From an uncultured Spirochaetota bacterium (GTDB lineage Bacteria > Spirochaetota > Spirochaetia > SZUA-6 > Fen-1364), in contig CAWGAA010000002.1 in the NCBI GenBank assembly GCA_963820525.1, positions 32,001 to 96,000 of the forward strand: DNA of 64,000 nt. The letters run 5' to 3'. A program made the translations under genes and the position numbers. The notes under the pieces were generated by a model. It was not told the origin of the DNA, did no database searches, and worked only from the letters and a program-made list of their open reading frames with translations. The first letter of the stretch is position 1; each line of letters opens with the position of its first letter. This document shows, in pieces, positions 21,823 to 32,101 of this stretch.

Positions 21823-21980
21823 CTTAGCATAGCGGGCCGACTGAACGCGTGTGGTAGCATCTACTGATTACTAGGTGCAAGCCACAAAGGCCCGCGTTCT
21901 TTGATATCTCTTATCCAAGTCTTCTTATGCCAAATCCTTTTTCCAATTAAAGAGATATCTTGATAAGCAAATATGCTTAC

Positions 21981-22093
21981 GTATAACATAGAGTTCAGTT
22001 GCCCCGAAGCCTCAAGGCGGCAGTTCAATTTCCGCCCGTATGCCTTGCTTTCCTAACGTAGTCTTAGGGGTCAACTGCAACGACATGTTATAG
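21981..22093 (-). other. Integron attC-like recombination site
   Basis: Minus strand CTATAAC-ATGTCG-TTGCAGTTGACCCC…GGGGCAACTGAA-CTCTAT-GTTATAC: imperfect palindrome with AAC/GTT cores and extra bases in one arm. Confidence 0.7.
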
Positions 22094-22099
22094 CGCGTC

Positions 22100-23565
22100 C
22101 TTTTAGCTTGGGGTTCTCGCATATTGGGTTGGCCCCCTTCCCAAGGTTGTAGTCCACGCATGCGGTTCTGAGGTTCTGTAGTTCCGTATTTCAGCCAAAT
22201 GTCCAAGGCTTGAAGTGATCCACATGCAATCTGACCTCAGGCGGCTTCCTTCCGCAATAAGTGCACGCAAAGCCGTCTCTCTTATACAGCGCGTCATAAG
22301 TAATTGCGCATTATTGCATAATGTGATTTTATATAGGAATGAAACAACTGACTATCGCGGATGCCCCCACTATCATCCTTGGACTGCAAGACGAAATCCG
22401 TCGTTCACAAGAATCCCGCTATGATCATCGACTTCATGGCATTCTGCTCGTAGCACAGGGAATGAGCTGTATTGAGGTTGCGCATTTTCTCGGCGATGCA
22501 CCACGAACCGTGCAGTATTGGATTCGCCGCTTCGAGGCGGAAGGACTCGCGGGCATTGTTGAAGGCGATCGAACTGGACGACCCACACGCCTCAAACCTG
22601 AACAAATACAAGAAGTGAGCCGCGCTCTTCGACAACCACCAGCTGCCGCTGGGTTGTCTGGTAACCTATGGGATGGAAAGACACTCTCCGCCTTCATTGT
22701 ACAGCGCTATAAAGTCAGGTTGGGTGTACGTCAATGTCAACGCGTCTTTCGACAACTCAACTTCCGACTGCGCAAGCCTCGTCCAGTAATTGCGCGAGCC
22801 GATCCGACTCGCCAGACCGAGTATAAAAAAAACTCAAGGCGTTGATGCTGGATGAACAGATAGATTTGTGGGCGACGGATGAGGTACACTTTCAGCAGTA
22901 CGGCTCACGATGCCGAATGTGGGTTCACCCGAAGTCAAAGATCCGGTACTGCTACATTATCCCGGGCGAAAGAGCGTGGGATACTTCGGTGCCGTTCGTC
23001 TGCGCGACGGCAAATTCTTCTTCAAACGCGAAGAGGATAGTTTCGACGCGAATACATTCTTCGTGTTCATGAAGCAATTGCGCTTCAGAGCTTCAAAGAG
23101 TCAAAGGCGCATCGTCGTGATCACTGATAATGCCAGATACCACCATGCAAAGCTCCACAAGCAGTGGCGCGAGGAGCACAGCGCATCTTTCATACTGGAT
23201 TATCTGCCGCCGTATAGTCCCGATCTGAACCCAATCGAAAGAATGTGGAAGCTCACTAGACGGCTCTGTCTGCATAACAGATACTTCCCTACTATGGGCG
23301 ATGTCACGTACGCGGTTGAAGACCGCTTCGCTCAGTGGGAGGCGCCAAATGAAACATTACGTCGTTTATGCGCAATTACTTAGGACGCTATGTATAAAAC
23401 CAAGAACCGCATTGAGGCGGAAATAGTTCTGGATGCCTTCGATTCGTGCTTGACAGACTTTGCTGACGCTTGGCCACTGACAGCCGCAGTTCTAAGCCAT
23501 AAGCTGTAAAAACCGGCACTCGACCTTTCAGATAGCAAGAAAAGTCGGCACGGGTTCGGACACAA
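22100..23565 (-). pseudogene. HNH endonuclease, split by IS630
   Basis: RTISASMRFLV|KRDGFACTYCGRKPPEVRLHVDHFKPWTFG*NTELQNLRTACVDYNLGKG; internal stop plus 1-nt shift at the junction. Confidence 0.78.
22285..23394 (+). mobile_element. IS630-family element, near-identical to 4302..5412 (inverted)
   Basis: Similar IRs, TA duplication; extra 1-bp frameshift near 22925. Confidence 0.95.
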
Positions 23566-23678
23566 AACGCGCTCAGGCCAACAATACCGGGATAGCCATG
23601 ATTACCTTGCATTGTTTCCGTGGCTATTGCGCGGTTGCCTCAGGGAAATGTCCACTCCATCAGTCTTTCTTCCCCTGC

Positions 23679-24752
23679 CTAGTGCACCTTGCGGATACGC
23701 TGGTTCTGCGCGTCTACAAAATAAACGTCGCCCGCGGAGTCAACCGCAACACCACCTAGCGTGGAAAGCTTGGCAGAAAGCGCAGGTATGTTGTCTCCAT
23801 TGTAGCCATAGTCGCCGTTGCCCGCTACGGTCGTAATGGTGCCGGCAGTGCTCACTTTGCGGATGCGCCCATTATTCGCATCTGCGAAGTAGACGTTCCC
23901 TCCGGAATCCACCGCAAGACCAACAGGATCCGAAATCTCAGCGGAGGTAGCAGGTCCCCCTTCGGCCAGTCCGTTTGATCCGCCACCAGCCACGGTCGTA
24001 ATGACGCCTGCGGTGTCGACCTTGCGGATGCGGTCGTTGCTTTCATCGTCGATGTAGATATTGCCCTCAGAATCCACCGCAACGCAGCTAGGAGAGCCAA
24101 GCTCTGCGGAAGTAGCGGGCCCTCCGTCCCCGCTAAAGCCTTTGGTTCCGTTGCCTGCCACAGTGCTAATGATGCCCGACGTGCTCACCTTGCGGATGCG
24201 ATTGTTCTCAGCGTCAGCTATATAGATATTGCCTGCGGAGTCCAGCGCAACACCACGCGTGAAACCAAGCTCGGCGGAGGTAGCAGGCCCTCCGTCCCCG
24301 CTAAAGCCTTTGGTTCCGTTGCCTGCCACAGTGCTAATGATGCCCGAGGTGCTCACCTTGCGGACACGATAGTTTCTTCCGTCTGCAATATAGAGGTTTC
24401 CCGAGGGATCAAGGGCAACGCCCCATGGGTAGAGCTCAGCCGAGGTAGCAGCACCCCCGTCACCGCTAAAGCCTTCGGTTCCTTTGCCTGCGACCGTCGT
24501 AATGATGCCCGATATACTCACCTTGCGAATTCTCCAGTTGTTAGTGTCAGCAATGTAGAGGTTCCCCGATGGATCAACTGCAAGGCCATGAGAGTCGAAA
24601 ATCTGAGCAGAGGTTGCAGGCCCTCCGTCACCACTGAAGCCTCTTTTTCCGTTGCCTGCTACGGTCGTTATAGTGGGACTGTCTGGAAAAGCTGCAAGAA
24701 GGACAATGGAAAGCAAGAACCCGGAAACAAGCAGAGTCTTTGCGGTCTTCAT
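23679..24752 (-). CDS. Secreted NHL-repeat beta-propeller protein
   Basis: Signal peptide; six ~56-aa repeats VAGNG..GFSGDGGPATSA..GVAVD.GN.YIAD..N.RIRKV (168-bp period). Confidence 0.9.
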   Translation of the reverse strand: MKTAKTLLVSGFLLSIVLLAAFPDSPTITTVAGNGKRGFSGDGGPATSAQIFDSHGLAVDPSGNLYIADTNNWRIRKVSISGIITTVAGKGTEGFSGDGGAATSAELYPWGVALDPSGNLYIADGRNYRVRKVSTSGIISTVAGNGTKGFSGDGGPATSAELGFTRGVALDSAGNIYIADAENNRIRKVSTSGIISTVAGNGTKGFSGDGGPATSAELGSPSCVAVDSEGNIYIDDESNDRIRKVDTAGVITTVAGGGSNGLAEGGPATSAEISDPVGLAVDSGGNVYFADANNGRIRKVSTAGTITTVAGNGDYGYNGDNIPALSAKLSTLGGVAVDSAGDVYFVDAQNQRIRKVH

Positions 24753-25102
24753 GAACTTCCTCCTTCGGACCTCTCTCTATTGGCGCCGATAGAAGAACAG
24801 GCTGCCTGGCAGGCCATTGGAAAATAGCCAAAGCTTCCCACTTATTTTAGCACCAAAGGCAATGAAGTCAAGAGCGAAGTGCTCCCCACTGCTGCTGAAT
24901 GGCAGGAGTGAAGATCACCGTGCCTCCACTGGCTGAGCGCCGTCTCACGATCACGAGATGATACACGTCCAAGGTTGCCAACCCCTTGATGCTTCACAAG
25001 AACTGCTCAAACCTTTTCCAGTCATTCTCTTATTTGAGGGCGCATTTACATCGCGCCATCTGATCTGACAGCCTGAAACGGTGGCGCATGTGGAGCCTCA
25101 TT

Positions 25103-26784
25103 TGATGACGCCCACAAGGCAAGCGCGGCGTTTCTGGGGCCGTTGGCTCCCTGTGTGGCAGATCAGCTGGCCTTTGCTCTGGAGACGGCGTCACCCTGCA
25201 CCTATCGGCAGCGGGGCGCCAGTACGCTCCAAAGTTTATTTCAGAGGCACTTCGCCGAATTTTGCGCGCGCTACGAAGCGGACTACGCCCGCCGCCTGGG
25301 ACGGATCCGCCTGGAGAGGATCCGCAGGGTAGTCCGGCGTTTCCTGGACTGCGGGAACTACACCAGGGGCATGGCAAGGATCCAGTGCACGAATCCTAAC
25401 TGTAAGTCGGAGTACTTCCGGCCCTTCTCCTGCAAGACGTTCTATATCTGCCCGTCTTGTTCGCAGAAACGCACGCTGCTGTTCGCCGAGTACATGAACG
25501 AGCGGCTCATGCTTCGGTTGCCCCACAGGCAATTCGTCTTCACCCTGCCCAAGGTCCTGCGGGTGTTCTTCCGACATGACCGGCAGCTCCACGGTGAGAT
25601 CAGCCGACTCATTCATCGCCTCCTGCAAGACTTCTTCACGGTGGCCGCAGGCATGAGGATCCGTACCGGCGGTGTCATTGCATTTCAGACCTCAGGGGAG
25701 TTCGTGAGATGGAACCCGCACTGGCACGGGTTGTTCCTTGAAGGAGGCTTCGACCGCAACGGTCGATTCGTTCACATCCCCACGATGAACCTTGCGAAGA
25801 TGAGCGCCTGCTTCCGCCACAGAGTTGTGGAGTTCTTCCGCCAGCGACAGCTGTTGAACGAGCGCTTGGCAAAGAACATGCTGGAGTGGACCCACTCGGG
25901 ATTTAGTGTCGACGGCTCCGTCGGCATCCCCGCAGGCTCCCCGAAAGCGCGCGAAGCCCTCTCGCAGTACATCGCGCGGCCGCCTGTCTCGCTTAAGAAG
26001 CTTCTCGTGGAGGAGGGCGGCACAGACAGCGTCCTGTACTACACTGCTTACAACGACTATTTCCGAACAAACGCCAAGCTGTTCTCCGCCTCTGACTTCT
26101 TGGCCGAACTCCTCCAGCACCTCCCAGAGCCCCGCACGAGGTTGATCCGTGCCTACGGATTGTACTCCTCACGCGCTCGGGGTACGTGGCTGCGGATGCC
26201 CTACCTTGTACGTCTCGCCCCTGAGGGGTGGAAGCAGGATCATTCGCCTCCGCCTTCAGCTTGTGTCGGTGCCCCCGGCGAGCCCCAATCGGACTGTTCG
26301 GTCTCCGCGATGGAGTGCCGCTCCGCGTGGGCTCGCCTTATTGCGAAGGTCTACGAGGTCGATCCCTTGGTCTGTCTCAGCTGCGGCGCAGCGATGCGCG
26401 TCTTGGCCGTCATCACCGAGCCGCAGCAGGTCCTCAAGATCCTGCGCCACCTCGTGAAGATCGGTACGCCGCCACCCGGCTTAGACCCTGCTTCCCTCAA
26501 CTGACCCTTGTCTTCTTAGCAAGCCTGGGGCACCTATGAACAGTGTCGAGAGCCCATTTCTCGTCGTTCCCTTTTGCGGGACTAGTCTGGCTTTTCTTTA
26601 TGCCCGAAGGCCGCGTAGCCCCATCTGTTGGCCCATATTGTTTCCCATTCCTCATTCTCGGCCCGATATGTTCTTGCTGAAGATCACTCAACTTGCCTGT
26701 GATGGGTTGCAACCGCACTCCGGGCGAGCTCGTCCCGCCAGTCGCTTGCTATGCCCAGACAACACCCTTATAGTAGTTCCCATC
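25103..26784 (+). mobile_element. IS91/ISCR-like element, copy 2 (different left flank)
   Basis: Identity to copies 1 and 3 starts at TGATGAC; ends GTAGTTCCCATC followed by GTTT. Confidence 0.88.
25143..26504 (+). CDS. IS91-family HUH transposase (intact, 453 aa)
   Basis: Zn domain, WNPHWH, single-Tyr YIARP, C-terminal CxxC. Confidence 0.93.
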   Translation: MAPCVADQLAFALETASPCTYRQRGASTLQSLFQRHFAEFCARYEADYARRLGRIRLERIRRVVRRFLDCGNYTRGMARIQCTNPNCKSEYFRPFSCKTFYICPSCSQKRTLLFAEYMNERLMLRLPHRQFVFTLPKVLRVFFRHDRQLHGEISRLIHRLLQDFFTVAAGMRIRTGGVIAFQTSGEFVRWNPHWHGLFLEGGFDRNGRFVHIPTMNLAKMSACFRHRVVEFFRQRQLLNERLAKNMLEWTHSGFSVDGSVGIPAGSPKAREALSQYIARPPVSLKKLLVEEGGTDSVLYYTAYNDYFRTNAKLFSASDFLAELLQHLPEPRTRLIRAYGLYSSRARGTWLRMPYLVRLAPEGWKQDHSPPPSACVGAPGEPQSDCSVSAMECRSAWARLIAKVYEVDPLVCLSCGAAMRVLAVITEPQQVLKILRHLVKIGTPPPGLDPASLN

Positions 26785-27479
26785 GTTTGCGGACTGATGG
26801 TACCGTCGACCTCCACCACCATCAGCTCACACTCCTGCTGCGCTTTCTGGGCCGAGATCATCTGGTAGGGATTGTCCGTGATGCGCTCTCCGACCGCCTC
26901 GGTGTTGCGTTGCACCGCCGTGGCACTGACCCCGAAGCCCAACGCCTCGCTGAGCATTTCTGCCCCTCGCGCATAGGCTTCGCTCCCGCCGAAGCATGTC
27001 AGCAGATAGCTCATAAGCGGCGAATAGCCAAGGCAACGATCCAGCCCCAGCTTCTCCTCCAGAGGACTCCATCCGCCCTCCCCGTCGCGGAACTTGTAGC
27101 ATCGACGCGGCAGCACCATCGTGGCTCCAAAGCGAGTACGAAACCGCAGATTGCGCATACCCGAATACACAGCCGTGCGCTCGCCGACCCGAACGCCATT
27201 CTCTTGTGTGGGCTCTTTCAAACCTGAAAGTGACCTCCCGTTCCAGGATTTGACCCAGTTCGTAGACGAAGCTCAGAATCCGCTGTTCAACCTGTTCAAG
27301 ATTGCACCTTCCCAGATTGAGCCCTTCGGACAGTTGCTTGACCAGCATCTGGCTGTGCGGTAGAACGTCAGTGATTTCCATGGCCTGTCTCCCCTCCCTA
27401 ACAAGGATTAAGCAAGGTGGAGATAGGCCATTTTCTTTAAAAACTCAATGCCAAAAAACCCGTTCTTGAAATCGCACCC
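26785..27479 (-). mobile_element. ISKra4/ISLre2-like element, frameshifted and 3'-truncated at the oriIS
   Basis: Terminus GGGTGCGATTTC; RTRFG, PLEEKLGL, VSATAVQR, VEVDG, then cut exactly at 26785. Confidence 0.75.
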
Positions 27480-27617
27480 TTTCCAGATCCATCCTTGTGA
27501 GAGGCGAGGTAGCGGTGTATGATCAACCAGAGTCTAAGTAAGTTCCTCCGTTCCAACTCACTGCGTTGGCCTGGATCGAAGATGCGTGATCTATCCTTTA
27601 TGAAAGTGGAAAGAGCC

Positions 27618-30311
27618 ATGTTGAAGAGACTGTCCGTGATGCTTGTCGCCTCGCTCGTGGTCGGATTCCTCCTTAGCTGCAAGTCGGTCCCCGATCGAGT
27701 CAAAGAGTTGGCCGACAACTCTTATTTCCAAGAAGCCTCGACCGTCATCCAAAAGGAGCAGGAGGAACTCTCCAAGAATCCAGACTTGGGGAGAATACGA
27801 GAACTTGAACGTGCACAGAGCCTTCTCGAAGAGCGAGTCGCCGAACACTACGGCAAACAAGTCGAGGAATTGACCGCAGCGGGTAAGGTCAGAGAAGCAC
27901 TCAAAAGAGCTCAGGAGGCGTTTCAACTGTGTCCGTGGTCAGACAGGATCAAATCGACTCGACTCCGCTGCGAGGCGATTGTCAACAAGCTGGATGATCT
28001 CGAAAGAAAATGGATCGGACAAATCTCTTCAGGACAAGTAAGTCCCGACGAGTCGCATGAAGTCCTGAGCGATCTTGCGGCTGTTGTCCCCTCCCTGTCG
28101 GACTCTCCGAAATTGCATCAGCTTCGGGGAATCGCCACTCAGGCAGCGGTTGAGTTCTGGGGCGAGAAGTTGGCGGAAGAAAGGCTGCACCTCTCTCAGT
28201 CGGATGAGTCCCAGATGGAAACGGATCTCTGCGCGCTCCTTGGCAACCCCAGAAAGGCCACGGAGATTGCGAATGCTGTCCGAACCGTCGGGGATCTTGG
28301 CTCACGGGACTTCCCCAATCCTGACGTTCTTTCTGGCCTCGTTGATGTGCTCTATCTGGACAACACAGATCAGGTCTTTGACGGGAAGACTCAAGCAATC
28401 AAGAGGGTTCTCCAGGCGTCGTTCGAAGATTGGACGGCCAACGGCTTTGTGCAAAGCCTCGTGTCCGCAAGCGTGTCCTTCGATACCGTGAAGGAGGCGG
28501 AGTTCCTTCTCGAATCAGTACCTGGTCTGAAGGATGCAAGTTCTTACAAGCACGCGCTTGCTCTTGGGCACTTGAACCGCGCGAAGCAACTATTAAAGGG
28601 GGGAGTCTCAACCACGGTGGCGTTGCTGCACCTTCAGCGCTCGAAGTTCGTTGATTCCGATTCGAAAGATGCGGGCGATCTGGGGGCAACGGAGAGAAGC
28701 GCGCGGACTTACCTTTCGACTGTCAATTACCCTGACATCACGCTTTCCATGGACATCAACCCAGCTATTTCGTTGGACATCCAGGGCGTGATGTATGCAG
28801 CCTTTTCCAGCGCATTCTTGGGGCGCTCACAAGAGGACAGACCTTGGCACTTGGTGGACTCTGGGACGGGCGCTCAAGACGTATCCATCGTGATCGACAG
28901 CGCCGAGTTGGCTGTCCCAGAGCTGAGCAAGCTACCCCGTGTGAATTCGCAGTTTCTCTCCCATTACGAGACAGTTCCCAACCCCGCAAAAGAGTCGCTT
29001 CGGTTTCAACTCTCGTGGGAAAAGAGCCAAGTTGAAATGGCGGAGAGCGACTATGAGCGGGCGGTCTCATCGTACAACTGGGATCCAAGCGATTGGAACC
29101 TCAACAGGGTGAACTCTGCCTACACCCGCTACAAGTGGGCAATTTCGAGCTACAACTCCCTCGTGGATCAGTTCAACATGACGCCGTCCACTATCGAACA
29201 GCCCGTCTTTTTGCCTTACAGCTACTCGCAAGGGGATGTAAGATTCGGATGTCGGATATCCATCACGTGCAAGGTTGGTACGAAGGAATACCATTTCACG
29301 GGCGAGTCCATGGACAGGTCGTTCGTAAGGATAGGAACCAAGCCGACCGACACAAACCAATCCGCGCGGAGGGACGTTGGTCTGACGTTCTCCCCCACTT
29401 TCGAGAGATTTCTCGACCATATCAACGCGGCGTTGAGAAGCGTTTGCGACCAGATCGACCCTCTGCTACTGTCCTTGAATTACCCAAGTTATGCGACGCT
29501 GTCTCCTGACGAAACCGTCCTTCTCCAATGCTTGATGCATCCATGGGGCTTCAGCAAGTCATCGGTGCAACGCCCTGATCTGCCAGCGTGGGAGAAGGAC
29601 GCGCTTGCTCTTGTTTCGGTCGCTCAACTCCAGCTCAATTTACCGAAGATTGAGCTTGTCGCTGGTAGAGCGAAGCTCAAGGGGCCCCTATCCCCTGAGG
29701 CTGCGGCGAAAGCCCTTGGGCCGTTCGTTTGCCTCATCAAGTCAATCAAGGACCGTCAAGTGGTATCGACTGGTTCGGGCACCGTCATCGGGCCAAACGG
29801 CCTCGTCCTGACTTGCGCTCACATTCTGAACGCCCCTGATATCGAAATCGACCTCTCAGAAGGGAGGTACCAGGGCAGCTATCAGAGCGACATCGTCTTC
29901 GTCAACGAGAAGAGCGATGTTGCAGTCCTGCGTGCCAAACGACTCGCCAACAACGAATGGGCCTCTGTTCGATTGAAGGGTGGGACTGTGAAAGGAGAGC
30001 GGATCATCGCGATAGGCAACCCAGCCATTGGTCAGGAAGCCCTGAATGTTGGCGGCGTCTCAACTGGAGTCGTCTCGAATCCAAAGGTCGCAGCGTTTGG
30101 GCGGGACCAACTGGTGGGAGATATCACGGTTGCGTCTGGATCAAGCGGCGGCCCTTTGTTCAGCCTTGACAGCGGCGAGCTTGTTGGAATCGTCCAAGCG
30201 GTCACGCGGCCAGGTCTGGATGTGGAGGGGGTATCTTCATCTGGCTCATACTGCTTGGCAGCACCTGCGGACATGTTACCAAAGTGGCTGGGACTGCAAT
30301 ACAAGCATTAG
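27618..30311 (+). CDS. Large lipoprotein with C-terminal trypsin-like (S1) serine protease domain
   Basis: Lipobox LLSC; GSGTVI, TCAHIL, DVAVL, GNP, GSSGGPLF catalytic triad motifs. Confidence 0.85.
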   Translation: MLKRLSVMLVASLVVGFLLSCKSVPDRVKELADNSYFQEASTVIQKEQEELSKNPDLGRIRELERAQSLLEERVAEHYGKQVEELTAAGKVREALKRAQEAFQLCPWSDRIKSTRLRCEAIVNKLDDLERKWIGQISSGQVSPDESHEVLSDLAAVVPSLSDSPKLHQLRGIATQAAVEFWGEKLAEERLHLSQSDESQMETDLCALLGNPRKATEIANAVRTVGDLGSRDFPNPDVLSGLVDVLYLDNTDQVFDGKTQAIKRVLQASFEDWTANGFVQSLVSASVSFDTVKEAEFLLESVPGLKDASSYKHALALGHLNRAKQLLKGGVSTTVALLHLQRSKFVDSDSKDAGDLGATERSARTYLSTVNYPDITLSMDINPAISLDIQGVMYAAFSSAFLGRSQEDRPWHLVDSGTGAQDVSIVIDSAELAVPELSKLPRVNSQFLSHYETVPNPAKESLRFQLSWEKSQVEMAESDYERAVSSYNWDPSDWNLNRVNSAYTRYKWAISSYNSLVDQFNMTPSTIEQPVFLPYSYSQGDVRFGCRISITCKVGTKEYHFTGESMDRSFVRIGTKPTDTNQSARRDVGLTFSPTFERFLDHINAALRSVCDQIDPLLLSLNYPSYATLSPDETVLLQCLMHPWGFSKSSVQRPDLPAWEKDALALVSVAQLQLNLPKIELVAGRAKLKGPLSPEAAAKALGPFVCLIKSIKDRQVVSTGSGTVIGPNGLVLTCAHILNAPDIEIDLSEGRYQGSYQSDIVFVNEKSDVAVLRAKRLANNEWASVRLKGGTVKGERIIAIGNPAIGQEALNVGGVSTGVVSNPKVAAFGRDQLVGDITVASGSSGGPLFSLDSGELVGIVQAVTRPGLDVEGVSSSGSYCLAAPADMLPKWLGLQYKH

Positions 30312-30317
30312 GTCTGT

Positions 30318-30346
30318 CAGACAACACCCTTATAGTAGTTCCTATC
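30318..30346 (+). mobile_element. Minimal orphan oriIS end, 29 bp
   Basis: CAGACAACACCCTTATAGTAGTTCCTATC is identical to the termini of copies 1 and 3; followed by CTTT. Confidence 0.9.
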
Positions 30347-30444
30347 CTTTGCAGCTGCTGACACTATCGAAAAGCTCGATCTATCAGAGAAGGTAGTCTG
30401 GAGGGCGCAAGCTTCTGGAAGTGCTCCCCACTGCCGCTACCGTT

Positions 30445-30720
30445 CCCTGGCGGTCGATGAGTCAGGCAACGTCTTTCTGGTGGGATATGCAAACGGTCCC
30501 GGACCCTATGAGTTCGGGAACGAGGTTTCCCTCATTGGCACGCCGTACGGGGGAAAGCCTGTTCTGGTGAAGTATGACTCTTCGGGCAGAGCGCAATGGG
30601 CACGGGGCTTTGATTGCCAGACCGAAGCGTATCGATTCGTCGGGGTGGATGGCCAAGGGGGAGTTTACGTCGCAGGCGGGATTCGAGAGTATTGGACAGC
30701 CAGACCCTGCTGCCAAGTTT
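30445..30720 (+). pseudogene. Beta-propeller (SBBP-like) repeat fragment
   Basis: LAVDESGNVFLVG…LVKYDSSGRAQWAR…VDGQGGVYVAG; no start or natural end. Confidence 0.5.
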
Positions 30721-30817
30721 TATTTTCGTTCGGCCGCAGGCGTTCGGTGGGGCGCCCCCTTGCTCTGCCCTGGATGCCGCCTTGTTGTGCGAGATTTATT
30801 AAGCATCCTTTCCGTTT

Positions 30818-32101
30818 CTACCACGGCCGCCCCTGGGTTGCGAGCTCCCGGTAGTCTCCGCCATCGACCTCAATAACCTGGAACGGCAAAACGGCATCAC
30901 GGCTTGTGATACCGTAGCCGTAGACGATGGTCCCAGGGTCTTTCACCTCGATGTCGTAGCGGATTTTGCATTTCTCGAGGTATGACTGAGCACCGCCGTA
31001 GGCCGCGAAGTGATCAATGGTGGAGTCATATATTTCGTAGGTGGCCTGACCGTCAACCCGTGGGTCAGCAAGGTTTGAGTTACGCACTACCAGGTGCACT
31101 CTGCCATAGGTCACCGGCCAGGAGCGCTGCAGTTTCGACTTGATGATTCGAAGACTCGATCCGTTGGCAGGGATGCTCCAGCTCCTGTCTGCGTAGTAGA
31201 CGCCATCGTCCTTCTCTGGATCGCCAAGGCCGTTGATCTCTGCGTCAATGTAGCCTGCGCCAAAGTAGCTGACGGCCCAACCCATTGAAAAGCCGCTAGG
31301 CGTGTCACGCACTATGGCGTTGCATCCGTTTGGCAGACTGATGTCGCGCTCAAAGATGTAGGAGTCTGCAATCGATACGGTCGTATTTGGCCAGATGCCG
31401 CTCAACTCCCAGTTATACCACCGACGCTTCTCCGGAAAGGTAATGTCAATGCTGCTGTTCTCCGGCGGGTAGATCTCAAGCCAGACATGATGAGCATCTG
31501 TTATCTGGACGTTCGAGTCGTAGACACCGCTCTGGAATGTAAACTTGATTGTGGAGAAGTTGACTGCTGAGAGATCGATCCGACCCTCCGCAGAGGTCCA
31601 AGGGTTGCCCACAAAATGGTCATAGATGACAGTGGCGCCGTCCTTGAATTCCCAGATCACCCAATACTGGTTTCCCGAGAAAGCGTAGCTGTCTTTTATG
31701 TCCAGGATGCCCCCGCTCTCTACCTCAAACCGACACTGTTGATGTTCGGTCTGGTCCCACAGCAGGAGAGAGTTTCTAATATGCAGGGTGCCGGCGATCT
31801 GGATGTTTGCTCGTGCAGTGGGCCGCACCCACACGATCTTGTTCTCGACCGTGACAACCTGGCCGGGCGCTACGGCAAACGTCTGGTCCCACACGATTTG
31901 CTCTCGCGTGTCTGACGCCTGTGGAGCCCATCCTCCCCTACTGTCGTCCCAGACCGGCATATCGGGCTCGCTGCCGTCAACCCAGCTGAAGACATCATCA
32001 CCTTCGTATTTTTCCCGCTGATTCTTGGTCGTAGTTGTGATCGGGCATCCCGCAAAGCATACTGCGAGAACGACGGCCCCCAAGAAAAGGAGCCTTCTCA
32101 T
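30818..32101 (-). CDS. Uncharacterised lipoprotein, homologue of the C-terminal domain of 14599..16533
   Basis: Lipobox FAGC; end-to-end similarity to that domain. Confidence 0.8.
   Translation of the reverse strand: MRRLLFLGAVVLAVCFAGCPITTTTKNQREKYEGDDVFSWVDGSEPDMPVWDDSRGGWAPQASDTREQIVWDQTFAVAPGQVVTVENKIVWVRPTARANIQIAGTLHIRNSLLLWDQTEHQQCRFEVESGGILDIKDSYAFSGNQYWVIWEFKDGATVIYDHFVGNPWTSAEGRIDLSAVNFSTIKFTFQSGVYDSNVQITDAHHVWLEIYPPENSSIDITFPEKRRWYNWELSGIWPNTTVSIADSYIFERDISLPNGCNAIVRDTPSGFSMGWAVSYFGAGYIDAEINGLGDPEKDDGVYYADRSWSIPANGSSLRIIKSKLQRSWPVTYGRVHLVVRNSNLADPRVDGQATYEIYDSTIDHFAAYGGAQSYLEKCKIRYDIEVKDPGTIVYGYGITSRDAVLPFQVIEVDGGDYRELATQGRPW

Noticed and set aside
23679..24752. Near-identical 168-bp repeats as a DGR template/variable pair
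   Set aside because: In-frame NHL protein repeats; no reverse transcriptase in the window
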